Source of the DNA: a bacterium
GTDB taxonomy: Bacteria; Hinthialibacterota; Hinthialibacteria; Hinthialibacterales; Hinthialibacteraceae
Direction of reading: 5' to 3'
Length of the DNA stretch: 64,000 nucleotides
Assembly (NCBI GenBank): GCA_963662285.2
Contig: CAXXMV010000002.1
Location: 768,001-832,000, forward strand
Shown piece by piece: positions 40,664 through 53,652 of this stretch. Position numbers and translations under genes: made by a program. The notes under the pieces were generated by a model that saw nothing but the letters and a program-made list of their open reading frames with translations, ran no database searches and had not been told where the DNA came from. Every line of letters starts with the position of its first letter. Within the stretch, counting starts at the first letter, position 1.

Positions 40664-41224
40664 ATGATTAAGAATGCAGAAGCTACCCTGGTCAGTCAAG
40701 TCTTAAGCGGTCGGCGGGAATGCTACCGGCCACTGGTAGAGAAATATCAAATGAAAGTCTACCTGTTAGCGTGCAGTATGGTAGGTAACGCCGCCGAAGC
40801 GCAAGACCTGGCTCAGGAAACTTTCCTGGTAGCATATAAGAATCTGCATCAATTGAAAGATAGAGCGAAATTCGGTTCGTGGCTGTTTGGTATAACACGG
40901 AATTTATCTTATCACGCGTTACGCAAAAGAAAGATCGAACCGGAACCTCTTGATAGCATCTCTTATCAAGATATCCCTAATGTTGTTCCCATAAGACCAG
41001 AGAACGAAGATGGCGAGGATATCCTGACCACACTGATGACCCGGCTGGAAATAATGCCGGAGAAATACCGGGTTTTGTTAAGATTGAAATATTTAGATGA
41101 TTGTTCTTATCAGGAAATATCGGATATGTTGGATATTCCTATTGATTTGGTCCGCTCTAGATTGTTTGAAGGGCGGCGTATGCTGAGAGAAGATATGGAG
41201 AGCGTTCGGAGAAAAAGCCAATGA
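40664..41224 (+). CDS. ECF RNA polymerase sigma factor
   Basis: AQDLAQETFLVAY, FGSWLFGITRN, SYQEISDMLDIP..LVRSRLFEGR. Confidence 0.93.
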   Translation: MIKNAEATLVSQVLSGRRECYRPLVEKYQMKVYLLACSMVGNAAEAQDLAQETFLVAYKNLHQLKDRAKFGSWLFGITRNLSYHALRKRKIEPEPLDSISYQDIPNVVPIRPENEDGEDILTTLMTRLEIMPEKYRVLLRLKYLDDCSYQEISDMLDIPIDLVRSRLFEGRRMLREDMESVRRKSQ

Positions 41225-42288
41225 GCGCCAATGAAACAATGTGTTATCGAGGATGCTGCACAGAATGGGAGCACGAGATCCTGTTGTATATGGATCACGA
41301 ACTGGCGCCCGACAGTTGTGAACGCGTACAGCGGCACATGGACAAGTGTGAGGAGTGCGCACGGTTTTATCGTATTATCCAACGTGAAGAACAACTGCTT
41401 TGTGGACGTTTGCGTCACCAAGTTGAAATGACCGCCGATCCGGATGATATCGCCGATCTGGTTATGAGCGACATCCCAGCGTTTCAGCCCGTCACATGGC
41501 AGCAACGTCTGGTGGATCATACAACCAATGCCTTTAACTATTTATCAGACCAGAATCGGCGGCATTACTCCCTGGCCGCTTCAATCCTGGTCTGCTTATT
41601 TGGCATATTGTTCACCATGCAGGTGGGTAATGTGGCCGAAGAAGGAGTAATCAACATCGTACGCAGCGGGATTCGCACCCATGTTGCTCCGGGAGAGTAT
41701 ATTGTAGTATCGACCGATGAAGGCGAGTTTATTGAATTGCCGGATCAGTCCGTTGTCTATGCCACACCAGGAACCTACTTTACCATTGAATCGTATTTAG
41801 ACCATAAAGTGGTGAGCGATTCTGAAGGAGATACCATCAATGAAGAACGCCACCTGAATTTGATTTCCGGCGCACTCTGCATTGATGTTCGTTCGAATCC
41901 TGTTAAAACCGGATTCAGCGTCACCTGTTCTAATGCTGACGCTAAAGTATTCGGCACTCAGTTCTATATTCATACTACTACCGGACCGGATAAAGTCACG
42001 CAGGTAGGAGTAAGATCCGGACAGGTTATGGTCGAGAAACGCGGCAAGAATCAGGTGGGTTATACAGTATTAGGCAAACGCGAGATGACCACTGTGACTA
42101 ACTTCAACGGCAATGTCCATCTATTGGCGCCGCGCAATCTCAAACACGATATCAGTAAACTGCTGGAATGCTTCAACGAGCAATTGGATGATCGATCCGC
42201 CCGCCGTATGTTGCCGGTATTAAAGATTATCGGCGAGGATAAAGTTATACTCAGCGATAGCATCCAGCCGCTGAGACCCCTCGAATAA
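41221..42288 (+). CDS. Anti-sigma factor: zf-HC2 zinc finger + TM + FecR-like domain
   Basis: HMDKCEEC; TM helix; IELPDQS, LISGAL, AKVFGTQFYI, VRSGQV (FecR); 4-bp overlap with sigma gene. Confidence 0.85.
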   Translation: MSANETMCYRGCCTEWEHEILLYMDHELAPDSCERVQRHMDKCEECARFYRIIQREEQLLCGRLRHQVEMTADPDDIADLVMSDIPAFQPVTWQQRLVDHTTNAFNYLSDQNRRHYSLAASILVCLFGILFTMQVGNVAEEGVINIVRSGIRTHVAPGEYIVVSTDEGEFIELPDQSVVYATPGTYFTIESYLDHKVVSDSEGDTINEERHLNLISGALCIDVRSNPVKTGFSVTCSNADAKVFGTQFYIHTTTGPDKVTQVGVRSGQVMVEKRGKNQVGYTVLGKREMTTVTNFNGNVHLLAPRNLKHDISKLLECFNEQLDDRSARRMLPVLKIIGEDKVILSDSIQPLRPLE

Positions 42289-42311
42289 ACCTTCAAAAAC
42301 ATAATCAAACC

Positions 42312-42352
42312 AAAATGCGGTTGCCGGATAAATTCCAGCAACCGCATTTTTT
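42312..42352 (+). terminator. Rho-independent terminator
   Basis: AAAATGCGGTTGCCGG...CCAGCAACCGCATTTTTT. Confidence 0.8.
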
Positions 42353-42563
42353 AATTGATTTGATGTAATGAGATTTTTTTAACCCTCTCCCAAGATTGGG
42401 AGAGGCTAGGTGAGGGTTGATAAGAATCACCTCATCACAAAGAATCCTTCCCATCCAGATTCAGACTTTCATAAAAACGAAATCCGTCGCCGGGAGGTAA
42501 CTGTCTCCTGGCGGCGGGGTACAAATCTTATAACAACTAAATTAGGATATTAGAATGTTAAAA

Positions 42564-42765
42564 TCATTGATGTGTTTGTGCGTGTCCAAGCAGTTCTTGA
42601 ACAGTTCGAATGTCAACACCCGCTTCGACCCATCCCGATGCAGCGCAATGGAGGTGATCGTGGAATCGGCATCCCTGAATATTGGCTTCTTGTCATTAAT
42701 GAACCAAACGATTTCTTGATTTCCCCAATAGGCTTCGTTGCATCTATTGGGGAAAGAAATACATA
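42564..42765 (-). pseudogene. Tyrosine integrase C-terminal relic
   Basis: Minus strand, two frames: YVFLSPIDATKPIGEIKKSFGSLM then EANIQGCRFHDHLHCAASGWVEAGVDIRTVQELLGH*, a degenerate HxxR box plus LLGH box, just 3' of a tRNA. Confidence 0.8.
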
Positions 42766-42925
42766 CTTGAATAAACGCGTTGCTTGATCTTACCATTAAC
42801 GGATATTAGAAGTAGCCATAAATTCCCTCTTCTGATAAACAATCCAGTTCCCTTTAATCAAAAAAGTCATTATTTTTGGGGATTTAATAAATAAATACTA
42901 TGTTTGGGGGGGGGATTTTTGAAAA

Positions 42926-42999
42926 TGGGCCCACCTGGACTCGAACCAGGGACCTACCGGTTATGAGCCGGTGGCTCTAACCAACTGAGCTATAGGCCC
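42926..42999 (-). tRNA. tRNA-Ile2(CAT), lysidine type
   Basis: GGGCCTATAGCTCAGTTGGTTAGAGCC ACCGG-CTCATAA-CCGGT ...GGTTCGAGTCC...GGGCCCA; C4:G69 and C5:G68 TilS determinants; CCA not encoded. Confidence 0.88.
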
Positions 43000-43245
43000 G
43001 CAAAGAATATCTACTCTAATCTCACTAATTTTTGCGTCAAGAGATATGTGCTATCATAATCCTTATTATCGTAAGGAATGGTGATTTTTAAGCCGGTTAC
43101 TGGTCTGTTACGATATCTAAATCGAATCCAGCGTTATAGAATCCCTTTGCCTAAATAGAACAGGCGTTTATTATGAATCTACTTATAATAATAAGAATAT
43201 AACCAAAATATTTTGGTTTTCAATACTCAAAGACAAGAGGATGCA

Positions 43246-44166
43246 ATGACCACGCCAAATTTGTTAATCGTCGGCTCAATCGGACTCGATACCATTGAAA
43301 CCAGTTCCACCCGCGTTGATCGCGTACTTGGCGGCGCCGCCTGTTACGCCGCATGTTCATCAAGCCATTTTACCCCGTCAGCCATTGTCGGCGTGGTGGG
43401 TGATGATTTTCCTGAAGAACACGAAAAAATGCTTCTTTCCAAGTCAATCGACCTGACCTGCCTGGAAAAGACGCACGGCAAAACCTTCTTCTGGCATGGA
43501 CGCTATGAAGAGGATATGAATAATCGTGAAACGTTGGATACTCAATTGGGCGTTTTCGCTGAATTTTCTCCCAAAATTCCCGAGTCGCACGCCTCGATGC
43601 CATTTCTATTCCTGGCTAATATTCACCCCCAACTGCAATTGGACGTGCTCGACGCCATGAAGGGCGATCCCCTTACCGCAGCCGACACCATGAACCTGTG
43701 GATCGATACCACCCCTGATCTATTAAAGAAAGTAATTGAACGCGTTGACGTCATGTTCATTAATGACGACGAGGCGCGCATGATAACCGGACAGACCACT
43801 ATACCCAAAGCGGCTCAATCAATCATGGACATGGGCCCCAAAACCGCCGTAATCAAACGCGGTGACGCCGGCGCTATGATCTTCTGTCAGGATGAAGTCT
43901 TCTGCGTCCCGGCTATTCCCATAACAGCCAACGATCCAACTGGCGCAGGCGACACTTTCGCAGGCGGAATGATGGGTTATATCGCCAAACAAGGTGAACT
44001 TACCGCTAAAACAGTTCGTCAGGCGGCTGTGCTTGGAACCGTCATGGCCTCTTATACCGTAGAAGATTTCAGCCTGAACCGTTTGGCGACTATCAATGCC
44101 GCTGATATCCAGGATCGTATAGAGCGCATCCGTCAACTTTCAGCTTTTGATCCCATTTCGCTCTAG
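43246..44166 (+). CDS. PfkB-family sugar kinase
   Basis: VGSIGLDTI, LGGAA, DTMNLWI, DPTGAGDTFAGG. Confidence 0.92.
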   Translation: MTTPNLLIVGSIGLDTIETSSTRVDRVLGGAACYAACSSSHFTPSAIVGVVGDDFPEEHEKMLLSKSIDLTCLEKTHGKTFFWHGRYEEDMNNRETLDTQLGVFAEFSPKIPESHASMPFLFLANIHPQLQLDVLDAMKGDPLTAADTMNLWIDTTPDLLKKVIERVDVMFINDDEARMITGQTTIPKAAQSIMDMGPKTAVIKRGDAGAMIFCQDEVFCVPAIPITANDPTGAGDTFAGGMMGYIAKQGELTAKTVRQAAVLGTVMASYTVEDFSLNRLATINAADIQDRIERIRQLSAFDPISL

Positions 44167-44244
44167 AATTCGGATTCTGCGAGTAATTGTTTTACCTATC
44201 ATAAAATAGAATGAGCATAATAGCCGTTTCAAATTGAGATCAGT

Positions 44245-44952
44245 ATGAAATATTCAATCATCATTCCCGCATATAACGAGGAAGCCCGTATCAGAGACAC
44301 CGTCCGCGATTATGCGGTTTTTCTTGAAGAAAATTATCCCGGTGATGATGCAGAACTGATAATTGTCGTCAACGGTTCCATCGACAGGACTGGAGAAATA
44401 GCGCGGGAGTTGGAAGCATCATACTCCTGCGTCCGATCCTGGGAAACGCCGGAACGCCAGGGAAAAGGCGGGGCGGTATTGCAAGGATTTGAGATGGCCC
44501 AAGGCGACATTGTTGCTTTCACCGATGCCGACAATGCCACCATCGCTCCTGAGTTGCACAAGTTGCTGGTTGTGGTCGAACAAGGCGCCGATGCGGGGAT
44601 TGGATCGCGTTGGCTGCCCCAAAGCCATCAAACAGTTAAGCAGCCCTTCTCCAGAAGAGTAGCCAGCCGCGTCTTTAACTTGATTGTGCGTATATTATTT
44701 CAACTGCCCTACCATGACACCCAATGCGGCGCCAAAGCCTTCCGCAAAGAAGCTATCCTGAAAGTGCGCGACGAAATTCATACTACCGGCTGGGCGTTCG
44801 ATGTAGCCCTGATCTGGCGTTTGCGATGTCATGGCTGTAATATAGTAGAAACTCCAATCATATGGAGCGATAACTCTAAATCGCGTTTACGCATGCACCG
44901 GGATGCTCCTGCCATGCTTTGGGAAATGATAAAACTACGTTTGGGATTTTAG
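44245..44952 (+). CDS. GT2 polyprenol-phosphate glycosyltransferase (DPM/DPG-synthase-like)
   Basis: IIPAYNEE, GKGGAV, FTDAD, GSR, DTQCGAKAF, WAFDV. Confidence 0.9.
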   Translation: MKYSIIIPAYNEEARIRDTVRDYAVFLEENYPGDDAELIIVVNGSIDRTGEIARELEASYSCVRSWETPERQGKGGAVLQGFEMAQGDIVAFTDADNATIAPELHKLLVVVEQGADAGIGSRWLPQSHQTVKQPFSRRVASRVFNLIVRILFQLPYHDTQCGAKAFRKEAILKVRDEIHTTGWAFDVALIWRLRCHGCNIVETPIIWSDNSKSRLRMHRDAPAMLWEMIKLRLGF

Positions 44953-44964
44953 AGGATTTCTATT

Positions 44965-46089
44965 ATGAACCTTCAACCATACCGCGACCAGTTTAATTCC
45001 AACCAAAACAGCGCCATCTATCTGAATCACGCGGGCGTCTCTCCCCTGCCGCGCCGTTGCGCCGCTGCCATGCAGCAGGCCATTGAGTGGAATTGCGACC
45101 TGACTCCTGAGAATTGGATCAACTTTATCGGGCGCTTGCAATATTGCCGCGAAGCCATTGCCCGCATGTTGAATGTAGCGCCGTGCGACGTCGCTCTTTC
45201 CCGTAATACCACCGAAGGCATCAACTGGGTGGCCAATGGGCTTGATTGGCGCAAAGGCGACCGCGTGGTCACAGTCGAAGGCGAATATCCCGCTAACATC
45301 TACCCCTGGATGCGTCTGGAAGAGCAGGGCGTTGAACTAATCCGCATCCAACCACAGGATGCACGGGTTCCATTAGAGTTTATTGAACAAGAATTGACTC
45401 CCGCAACCCGCTTGCTATCCATCAGTTTTGTAGAATTCTCCACCGGCTTCCGCTTCGATCTGGAAGAGGTTGGCCGTTTATGCAAAGAAAAAGGCATCCT
45501 GTTTCTAGTCGATTTCATCCAGGGCATGGGAGTCTTCCCGCTGGATTTACCGAAATACAACATAGACTTCGCGGCTGGCGGGGCGCAGAAATGGCTGCTG
45601 GGGCCGCAAGGGGCGGGCTTCTTCTATTGCCCCAAATCCAGTCTGGATTTATTAAAAGTCACCACAGTCGGCGCCACCTCTATCGTAAACTGGGAGCCAT
45701 ACGCCCAATACGATTTCACCTTGCGCGACGACGCTTCCCGCTTTGAATACGGCACTCCCCCGACCTTGCCATTGATCGGCCTGGAAGCATCAATCGAAAT
45801 GCTGTTGGAAGCCGGTATGGAAAACGTGCGCGACCAGGTGAAACTGTTAACCGACGTCTTGGTCGATGGCGCAATATCAAAGAATTACCACTGTCATTCT
45901 CCACGCGGCGAGGGCGAATGGTCGGGCATCGTGATCCTGTCGCATTCCCATAGTTCGCCGAAATCCGTTGTCGAAGCGCTGCAATCATCCGGCGTCACCG
46001 CCGCCGAACGCGAAGGCCGCATCCGCCTCACCCCGCACTTCTACCAAACCGAAGCACAAATGCTACGCGTTATTGACGCCCTGCCATAG
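44965..46089 (+). CDS. Class V PLP aminotransferase / cysteine desulfurase-like
   Basis: YLNHAGVSP, NTTEGIN, LVDFIQGMG, AQKWLLGPQGAG, RFEYGT, RLTPHFY. Confidence 0.88.
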   Translation: MNLQPYRDQFNSNQNSAIYLNHAGVSPLPRRCAAAMQQAIEWNCDLTPENWINFIGRLQYCREAIARMLNVAPCDVALSRNTTEGINWVANGLDWRKGDRVVTVEGEYPANIYPWMRLEEQGVELIRIQPQDARVPLEFIEQELTPATRLLSISFVEFSTGFRFDLEEVGRLCKEKGILFLVDFIQGMGVFPLDLPKYNIDFAAGGAQKWLLGPQGAGFFYCPKSSLDLLKVTTVGATSIVNWEPYAQYDFTLRDDASRFEYGTPPTLPLIGLEASIEMLLEAGMENVRDQVKLLTDVLVDGAISKNYHCHSPRGEGEWSGIVILSHSHSSPKSVVEALQSSGVTAAEREGRIRLTPHFYQTEAQMLRVIDALP

Positions 46090-46091
46090 TA

Positions 46092-47054
46092 TCAATTATC
46101 AAAAGTCCAATGCGTAGGGGCGGCGCCGCTGACCGGCGCTTTGAAGGTTGCAATGCTGTTTCCTGATAGGCAGCCCAGGTATATGGTTCCTAAATCATCC
46201 CCGCCAAAGGCCAAACTTGATATATTGCGTAGAACCTTGCTTTTTCCATTATCAAAATGCGTTTTGTTCAATCGCCCTGCCAGGAAGGCTCTTTCAACCC
46301 GCTCCACATAATCCATATCGCAATCTTCCATAATGATCTCTTGACCACCATACGCATTAATGCGAATTACCCGGTTGCTGATAATGCTTGTAACCCAAAC
46401 GCCGTCAGCGCTGTCGAAAGCCAGACCATCAGGGTAAACGCCTGCGCCAAATTCCGCAACGGTCTGTTTGCCGCTCAGGTCGCCGTTATCTTCAATTATA
46501 AATCGTGATAGTTTGCGGCTGAATGTCTCGTTGACATAAAGCCATTGCCCGGTGGGATGCACCTGGCACTCATTGGTAAAACCCAGGTTATCAGCAACAA
46601 TGCGCGCCTTGTTATTTTCGACAAGAATAATGAATCCATCGCATGCATCGGGGCGGAAACTGAGGCTTCTGGGTTGCAGGCGGGTGCTTATGGTTATCCA
46701 TACCCTGCCCTGAATATCGAGATGGACGTAATTGGTTGGTGGAAGCGGCTGTCCGTCAATTTCAAGCAGAAATGGAGACAATATCCCATCTCGAGTCAGG
46801 CGGTATACCCCGCCGCTTTCATTCCCCAAATGAGCAATTAAAAAAGAACCATCTTTCAACAGGGCAAGACCGTTTGGTTGTAAGTTAAAACTGCTATCTC
46901 GAGCGATGAAGAGAGATTGACAGCCATGACGGTCAATCATGCTGATCCCGCCGCGCTGATCAGCTGCATATATATTTCCGGCCTCAGTGCACAAAACGCA
47001 TTCAGGACGTTGCAACCCGGAACCGATAAATTTAGCGGTGGTTGGTTCAATCAT
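46092..47054 (-). CDS. SMP-30/gluconolactonase-family beta-propeller
   Basis: RPECV, PNG, FTNE, LYVNETF, YPDGLAFD, SSLAFGG.DL. Confidence 0.85.
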   Translation of the reverse strand: MIEPTTAKFIGSGLQRPECVLCTEAGNIYAADQRGGISMIDRHGCQSLFIARDSSFNLQPNGLALLKDGSFLIAHLGNESGGVYRLTRDGILSPFLLEIDGQPLPPTNYVHLDIQGRVWITISTRLQPRSLSFRPDACDGFIILVENNKARIVADNLGFTNECQVHPTGQWLYVNETFSRKLSRFIIEDNGDLSGKQTVAEFGAGVYPDGLAFDSADGVWVTSIISNRVIRINAYGGQEIIMEDCDMDYVERVERAFLAGRLNKTHFDNGKSKVLRNISSLAFGGDDLGTIYLGCLSGNSIATFKAPVSGAAPTHWTFDN

Positions 47055-47223
47055 GCTGATTGTTCCTATTAAAAGACTGAAAAAAATAATTCAATTAAGG
47101 TCTTAAAGAATACGAATCACAGGTTGAATGTCAATTGATGTATTTCGATTTCTTCTGTAATATCTATGAGTATAAAAAGTATATCATAGATTTTTTTGCG
47201 TCTTTAACCGGAAGGATTGCGAA

Positions 47224-48258
47224 ATGAATAAAAACTCAAAAGAATCACGCAGGACTTTTCTAAAAACCACCTCAGCGGGTTTTGGCGCTGGTTTAATCGC
47301 CCAAACTGGATCGGCTTCTGAACCGGGACCGGGATCAACCAAATCCCGCAGAGAGATATGGATCGCCAGCATAACCCAGGAACGTCTCGAAGCGAAAACC
47401 GGCGCGCAAATGGTAGATAAAGTTCTTGACCGGATGCGCGAGACGCTGGTCAATCAACCGGATATCATCTGCATCCCGGAAACCTTCCCCTATAACCGAG
47501 TCGATGAAAAACGCACCGCCGCTCAAATCGCGCAGGAAGCCTCAGAGTGGATCATCCCGAAATTCGCTGATTTCGCCCGGCAAAACCATTGTTACGTCAT
47601 CTGCCCGCTGCACACCAAAGAAAACGGCGTTGTCTATAATTCAGCGGTATTGATCGACCGGCAAGGCAAGACAGTCGGCGCCTATCATAAGATTCACCCG
47701 ACCGTAGATGAAATAGAGGGCGGCGCAATGCTCGGACCGCTTGATCCCCCGGTTTTCAAAACTGACTTCGGAACCATTGGCATGCAGATTTGCTTTGACG
47801 CCAACTGGCCCGAAGGTTGGCGGGAGTTGCGTAAGAAAGGCGCCGAAATAATCTTCTGGTCCAGCGCCTTCCCCGGCGGAAGAATGCTCAATGCCCACGC
47901 ATGGTCGAATAAAACGCCTATCGTAACCAGCACATGGGGCGACCCAACCCGCATCATCGATATCACTGGAGAAGAGATCGCCGTCAGCGGACGCTACCAG
48001 CATTGGATATGCGCTCCGGTTAATCTGGAAAAAGCAATGATTCATACCTGGCCTTATACCCAACATATCGAAAAACTTCGCGCCAAATATGGGCGCAGTT
48101 TGAGGGTGACCCGATTGCACAATGAAGGCTGGACCATCATTGAAAGCGTATCTGATGATGTTGATCTGCATTCAGCGCTTAAGGAGTTCGGCATCCCGAC
48201 CCATGAAGAGCACATAAAAACAGCTGACCAATTTCAAAAACAAAAACGCCCTGCATAA
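47224..48258 (+). CDS. Tat-exported carbon-nitrogen hydrolase (nitrilase family)
   Basis: SRRTFLK Tat motif; catalytic E-K-C triad in ICIPE, YHKIH, QICFD. Confidence 0.88.
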   Translation: MNKNSKESRRTFLKTTSAGFGAGLIAQTGSASEPGPGSTKSRREIWIASITQERLEAKTGAQMVDKVLDRMRETLVNQPDIICIPETFPYNRVDEKRTAAQIAQEASEWIIPKFADFARQNHCYVICPLHTKENGVVYNSAVLIDRQGKTVGAYHKIHPTVDEIEGGAMLGPLDPPVFKTDFGTIGMQICFDANWPEGWRELRKKGAEIIFWSSAFPGGRMLNAHAWSNKTPIVTSTWGDPTRIIDITGEEIAVSGRYQHWICAPVNLEKAMIHTWPYTQHIEKLRAKYGRSLRVTRLHNEGWTIIESVSDDVDLHSALKEFGIPTHEEHIKTADQFQKQKRPA

Positions 48259-48268
48259 AAGTAACATT

Positions 48269-48307
48269 GTAGGGTGGGCTAAAAGCCGCGAAGCGGCGTA
48301 GCCCACC
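48269..48307. repeat. GTAG-type REP
   Basis: GTAGGGTGGGCTA...TAGCCCACC; related copy at 54755-54788. Confidence 0.8.
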
Positions 48308-48328
48308 GGATAACTCGTTAAAACATAA

Positions 48329-51517
<3,189 letters not shown>

Positions 51518-51527
51518 ATCACCTCAT

Positions 51528-52013
51528 GTAGGGGCGTCCCTCGTGGGCGCCTGGTCAGACGTAGTAATCATAGATAAAAAGTTCCCTCTCCCCCCGGGAG
51601 AGGGCCAGGGTGAGGGGTAAATAAGGATCACTTAAGTTATTGATATCGCTGGGTGCCAAGGGCAAGAGCGCATTGCGCTCAGCCCTTGATCAAGCCACCA
51701 CTGATAGGATGAAATTCCTTAACTTAATGACATTGCCCTCGTGGGCGCCCGGGAAGACGTAATAATCATAGATAAAAAGTTCCCTCTCCCCCCGGGAGAG
51801 GGCCAGGGTGAGGGGTAAATAAGGATCACTTAAGTTATTGATATCGCTGGGTGCCAAGGGCAAGAGCGCATTGCGCTCAGCCCTTGATCAAGCCACCACT
51901 GATAGGATGAAATTCCTTAACTTAATGACATTGCCCTCGTGGGCGCCCGGTAAGGCGTAATAATCATAGATAAAAAGTCCCCTCTTCCCGTGGGAGAGGG
52001 CCAGGGTGAGGGG
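51528..52013. repeat. Composite REP mosaic in tandem, 198-bp unit x about 2.4
   Basis: TAATCATAGATAAAAAG at 51565, 51763 and 51961; each unit is REP half CCCTCGTGGGCGCC + CCCTCTCCC/GGGAGAGGG palindrome + GGGTGCCAAGGGC...GCCCTTG hairpin + CCTTAACTTAATGACATTG. Confidence 0.92.
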
Positions 52014-52051
52014 AATAATTCAATAACCCAAAACCAAAAAGGTGAACCATA

Positions 52052-53431
52052 ATGAATACTTTCAAACGTCGTTCATTCTTAAAAACATCAGCCATAGGCG
52101 CCGCTGGCGTTAGTTTGGGGCTTAACGCCTCACAAGCAATCGCACAGGTTCCAGGCGAACGGCCCGCAGCCAACGATAAAGTTAGCGTATTGAATCCACG
52201 CAACCTTACTCCGCTCAGCTTCATCATCGACGATTCAACTTGTCTGGTGAATCTGGCTTACTATGGGATCCCCCAATTTGCAGAAGTGTTCCCGGATAAT
52301 TACCGGCAGCCCTGGCAATCGCTGCCCCGTGAGATTCCCGATTCCTTCGTGAGGAAGTTCGGTGAATGGTGTCATGAAAACGGCGTCAAAGGCAAGTACA
52401 GCATCGTCCCCTATCCGGCTTGCACCGGATGGGTGGATCGTTTCATCCCCGGATGGACCGAGAAGCAACTAAAAGAAAGCCTCGACCTGGTGCGCACCCT
52501 GATGCAACCCGATTGGGATATCCATCCCGAAATGATTTCTCATACCAGAGTGATCGATACCAAGACAGGTCGTCCATTTCCTGAAGCAACCGAATATTTC
52601 ATGGAAAACTGGCGCTGGACCGATGACAAATCGGCTGATCAACTGGCCGACTACCTCGCGTATGCTCTACGCATCCTGAAGAATGCCGGGCTATACTGCG
52701 AAGGCATCACCACTCCCGGTGGTTTCGCTTCCCGCGTATTGCCAGAGTTATCCCTCGCTACCCTGCAAGCCTGCAAAGACGTCTACCAAACCGAAATCCC
52801 CCATTATTTCCGTCATCTCTTCACCGATGATACCAGCGTTGCGCCGCGCGTTGAGAATGTTTCTGGACTCGATAGCGATGATCCGCAATGCGTCGTCTCC
52901 ATCGTCGGTTGCACTGGCGATTGGTTCGGCGGCTGGGATGGCTTAAACCTCGGCTCTGCTGACCGTTGTATCACCGAAGACCTGAAAGGCGGACGTTTGC
53001 CTGAAGTTATCCAACGCGGAGAACCGGCTATCATAGTCTGCCACTGGCCGGGCATCTATTACAACGGCAAAGAATTCGGCTTCAAAATTTTCCAGGAAGT
53101 CGTCAAGCGTCTTAACGCCGCCTATGATAATCTGATCTGGATGAAAAATTGCGAAATCGCCCGTTACTGGGCGGCTAAGGAATTAACCGCAATACAAAAT
53201 TCAGCGGACGGCATCGACCTCAAAGCGCCTTACGCCTGTCCAGATTTCACCATTCAATTAGAAGCAACCGAAGGTGAACCAATATTCAAAGTCAAAGGCG
53301 AGAACACCCCTCTCCAAAGGGTAGACTCAATGCTCAAACTAAAAAGCGGCGCCTATACGCGCGACGCGAACAAAACCATAGCCTGTTTCGATCTTCCCAA
53401 AGGAAAATCATCACTTGTGTTCGCCTCATAA
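52052..53431 (+). CDS. Tat-exported protein, possibly polysaccharide-deacetylase/NodB-like fold
   Basis: KRRSFLK Tat motif; FIIDD, IHPEMISH, TTPGGF, CHW. Fold assignment is tentative. Confidence 0.6.
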   Translation: MNTFKRRSFLKTSAIGAAGVSLGLNASQAIAQVPGERPAANDKVSVLNPRNLTPLSFIIDDSTCLVNLAYYGIPQFAEVFPDNYRQPWQSLPREIPDSFVRKFGEWCHENGVKGKYSIVPYPACTGWVDRFIPGWTEKQLKESLDLVRTLMQPDWDIHPEMISHTRVIDTKTGRPFPEATEYFMENWRWTDDKSADQLADYLAYALRILKNAGLYCEGITTPGGFASRVLPELSLATLQACKDVYQTEIPHYFRHLFTDDTSVAPRVENVSGLDSDDPQCVVSIVGCTGDWFGGWDGLNLGSADRCITEDLKGGRLPEVIQRGEPAIIVCHWPGIYYNGKEFGFKIFQEVVKRLNAAYDNLIWMKNCEIARYWAAKELTAIQNSADGIDLKAPYACPDFTIQLEATEGEPIFKVKGENTPLQRVDSMLKLKSGAYTRDANKTIACFDLPKGKSSLVFAS

Positions 53432-53447
53432 TACCGGGTAACCAAGT

Positions 53448-53597
53448 TCCCTCATGGGAGAGGGCAAGGGTGAGGGGGAATTTTAAACACCTTAAGATGG
53501 GTGCCAAGGCAAGAGCGCATTGCGCTCAGCCCTTGATCAAGCCACCAAAGATGGGGCGAAATTCCTTAACTTAATGACATTGCCCTCGTGGGCGCCA
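53448..53597. repeat. Composite REP mosaic, single unit
   Basis: Same ordered modules as 51528-52013, ending CCTTAACTTAATGACATTG-CCCTCGTGGGCGCC. Confidence 0.85.
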
Positions 53598-53652
53598 GGT
53601 AAAACTCAATAACCATAGATATATTAATCTGACCGGAAACGAGACAACAATC

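Noticed and set aside
42542-42796. ORF-track ORFs 42542..42796(-) and 42572..42787(+) as real genes
   Set aside because: No recognisable motifs; the signal is an integrase fragment in other minus-strand frames.
42906-42914. G9 tract as a phase-variation switch
   Set aside because: It lies just past a tRNA 3' end, not in a coding sequence or an identifiable promoter.
51528-52013. CRISPR array
   Set aside because: Units are 198-bp near-identical tandem copies with no unique spacers, and no cas genes are present.
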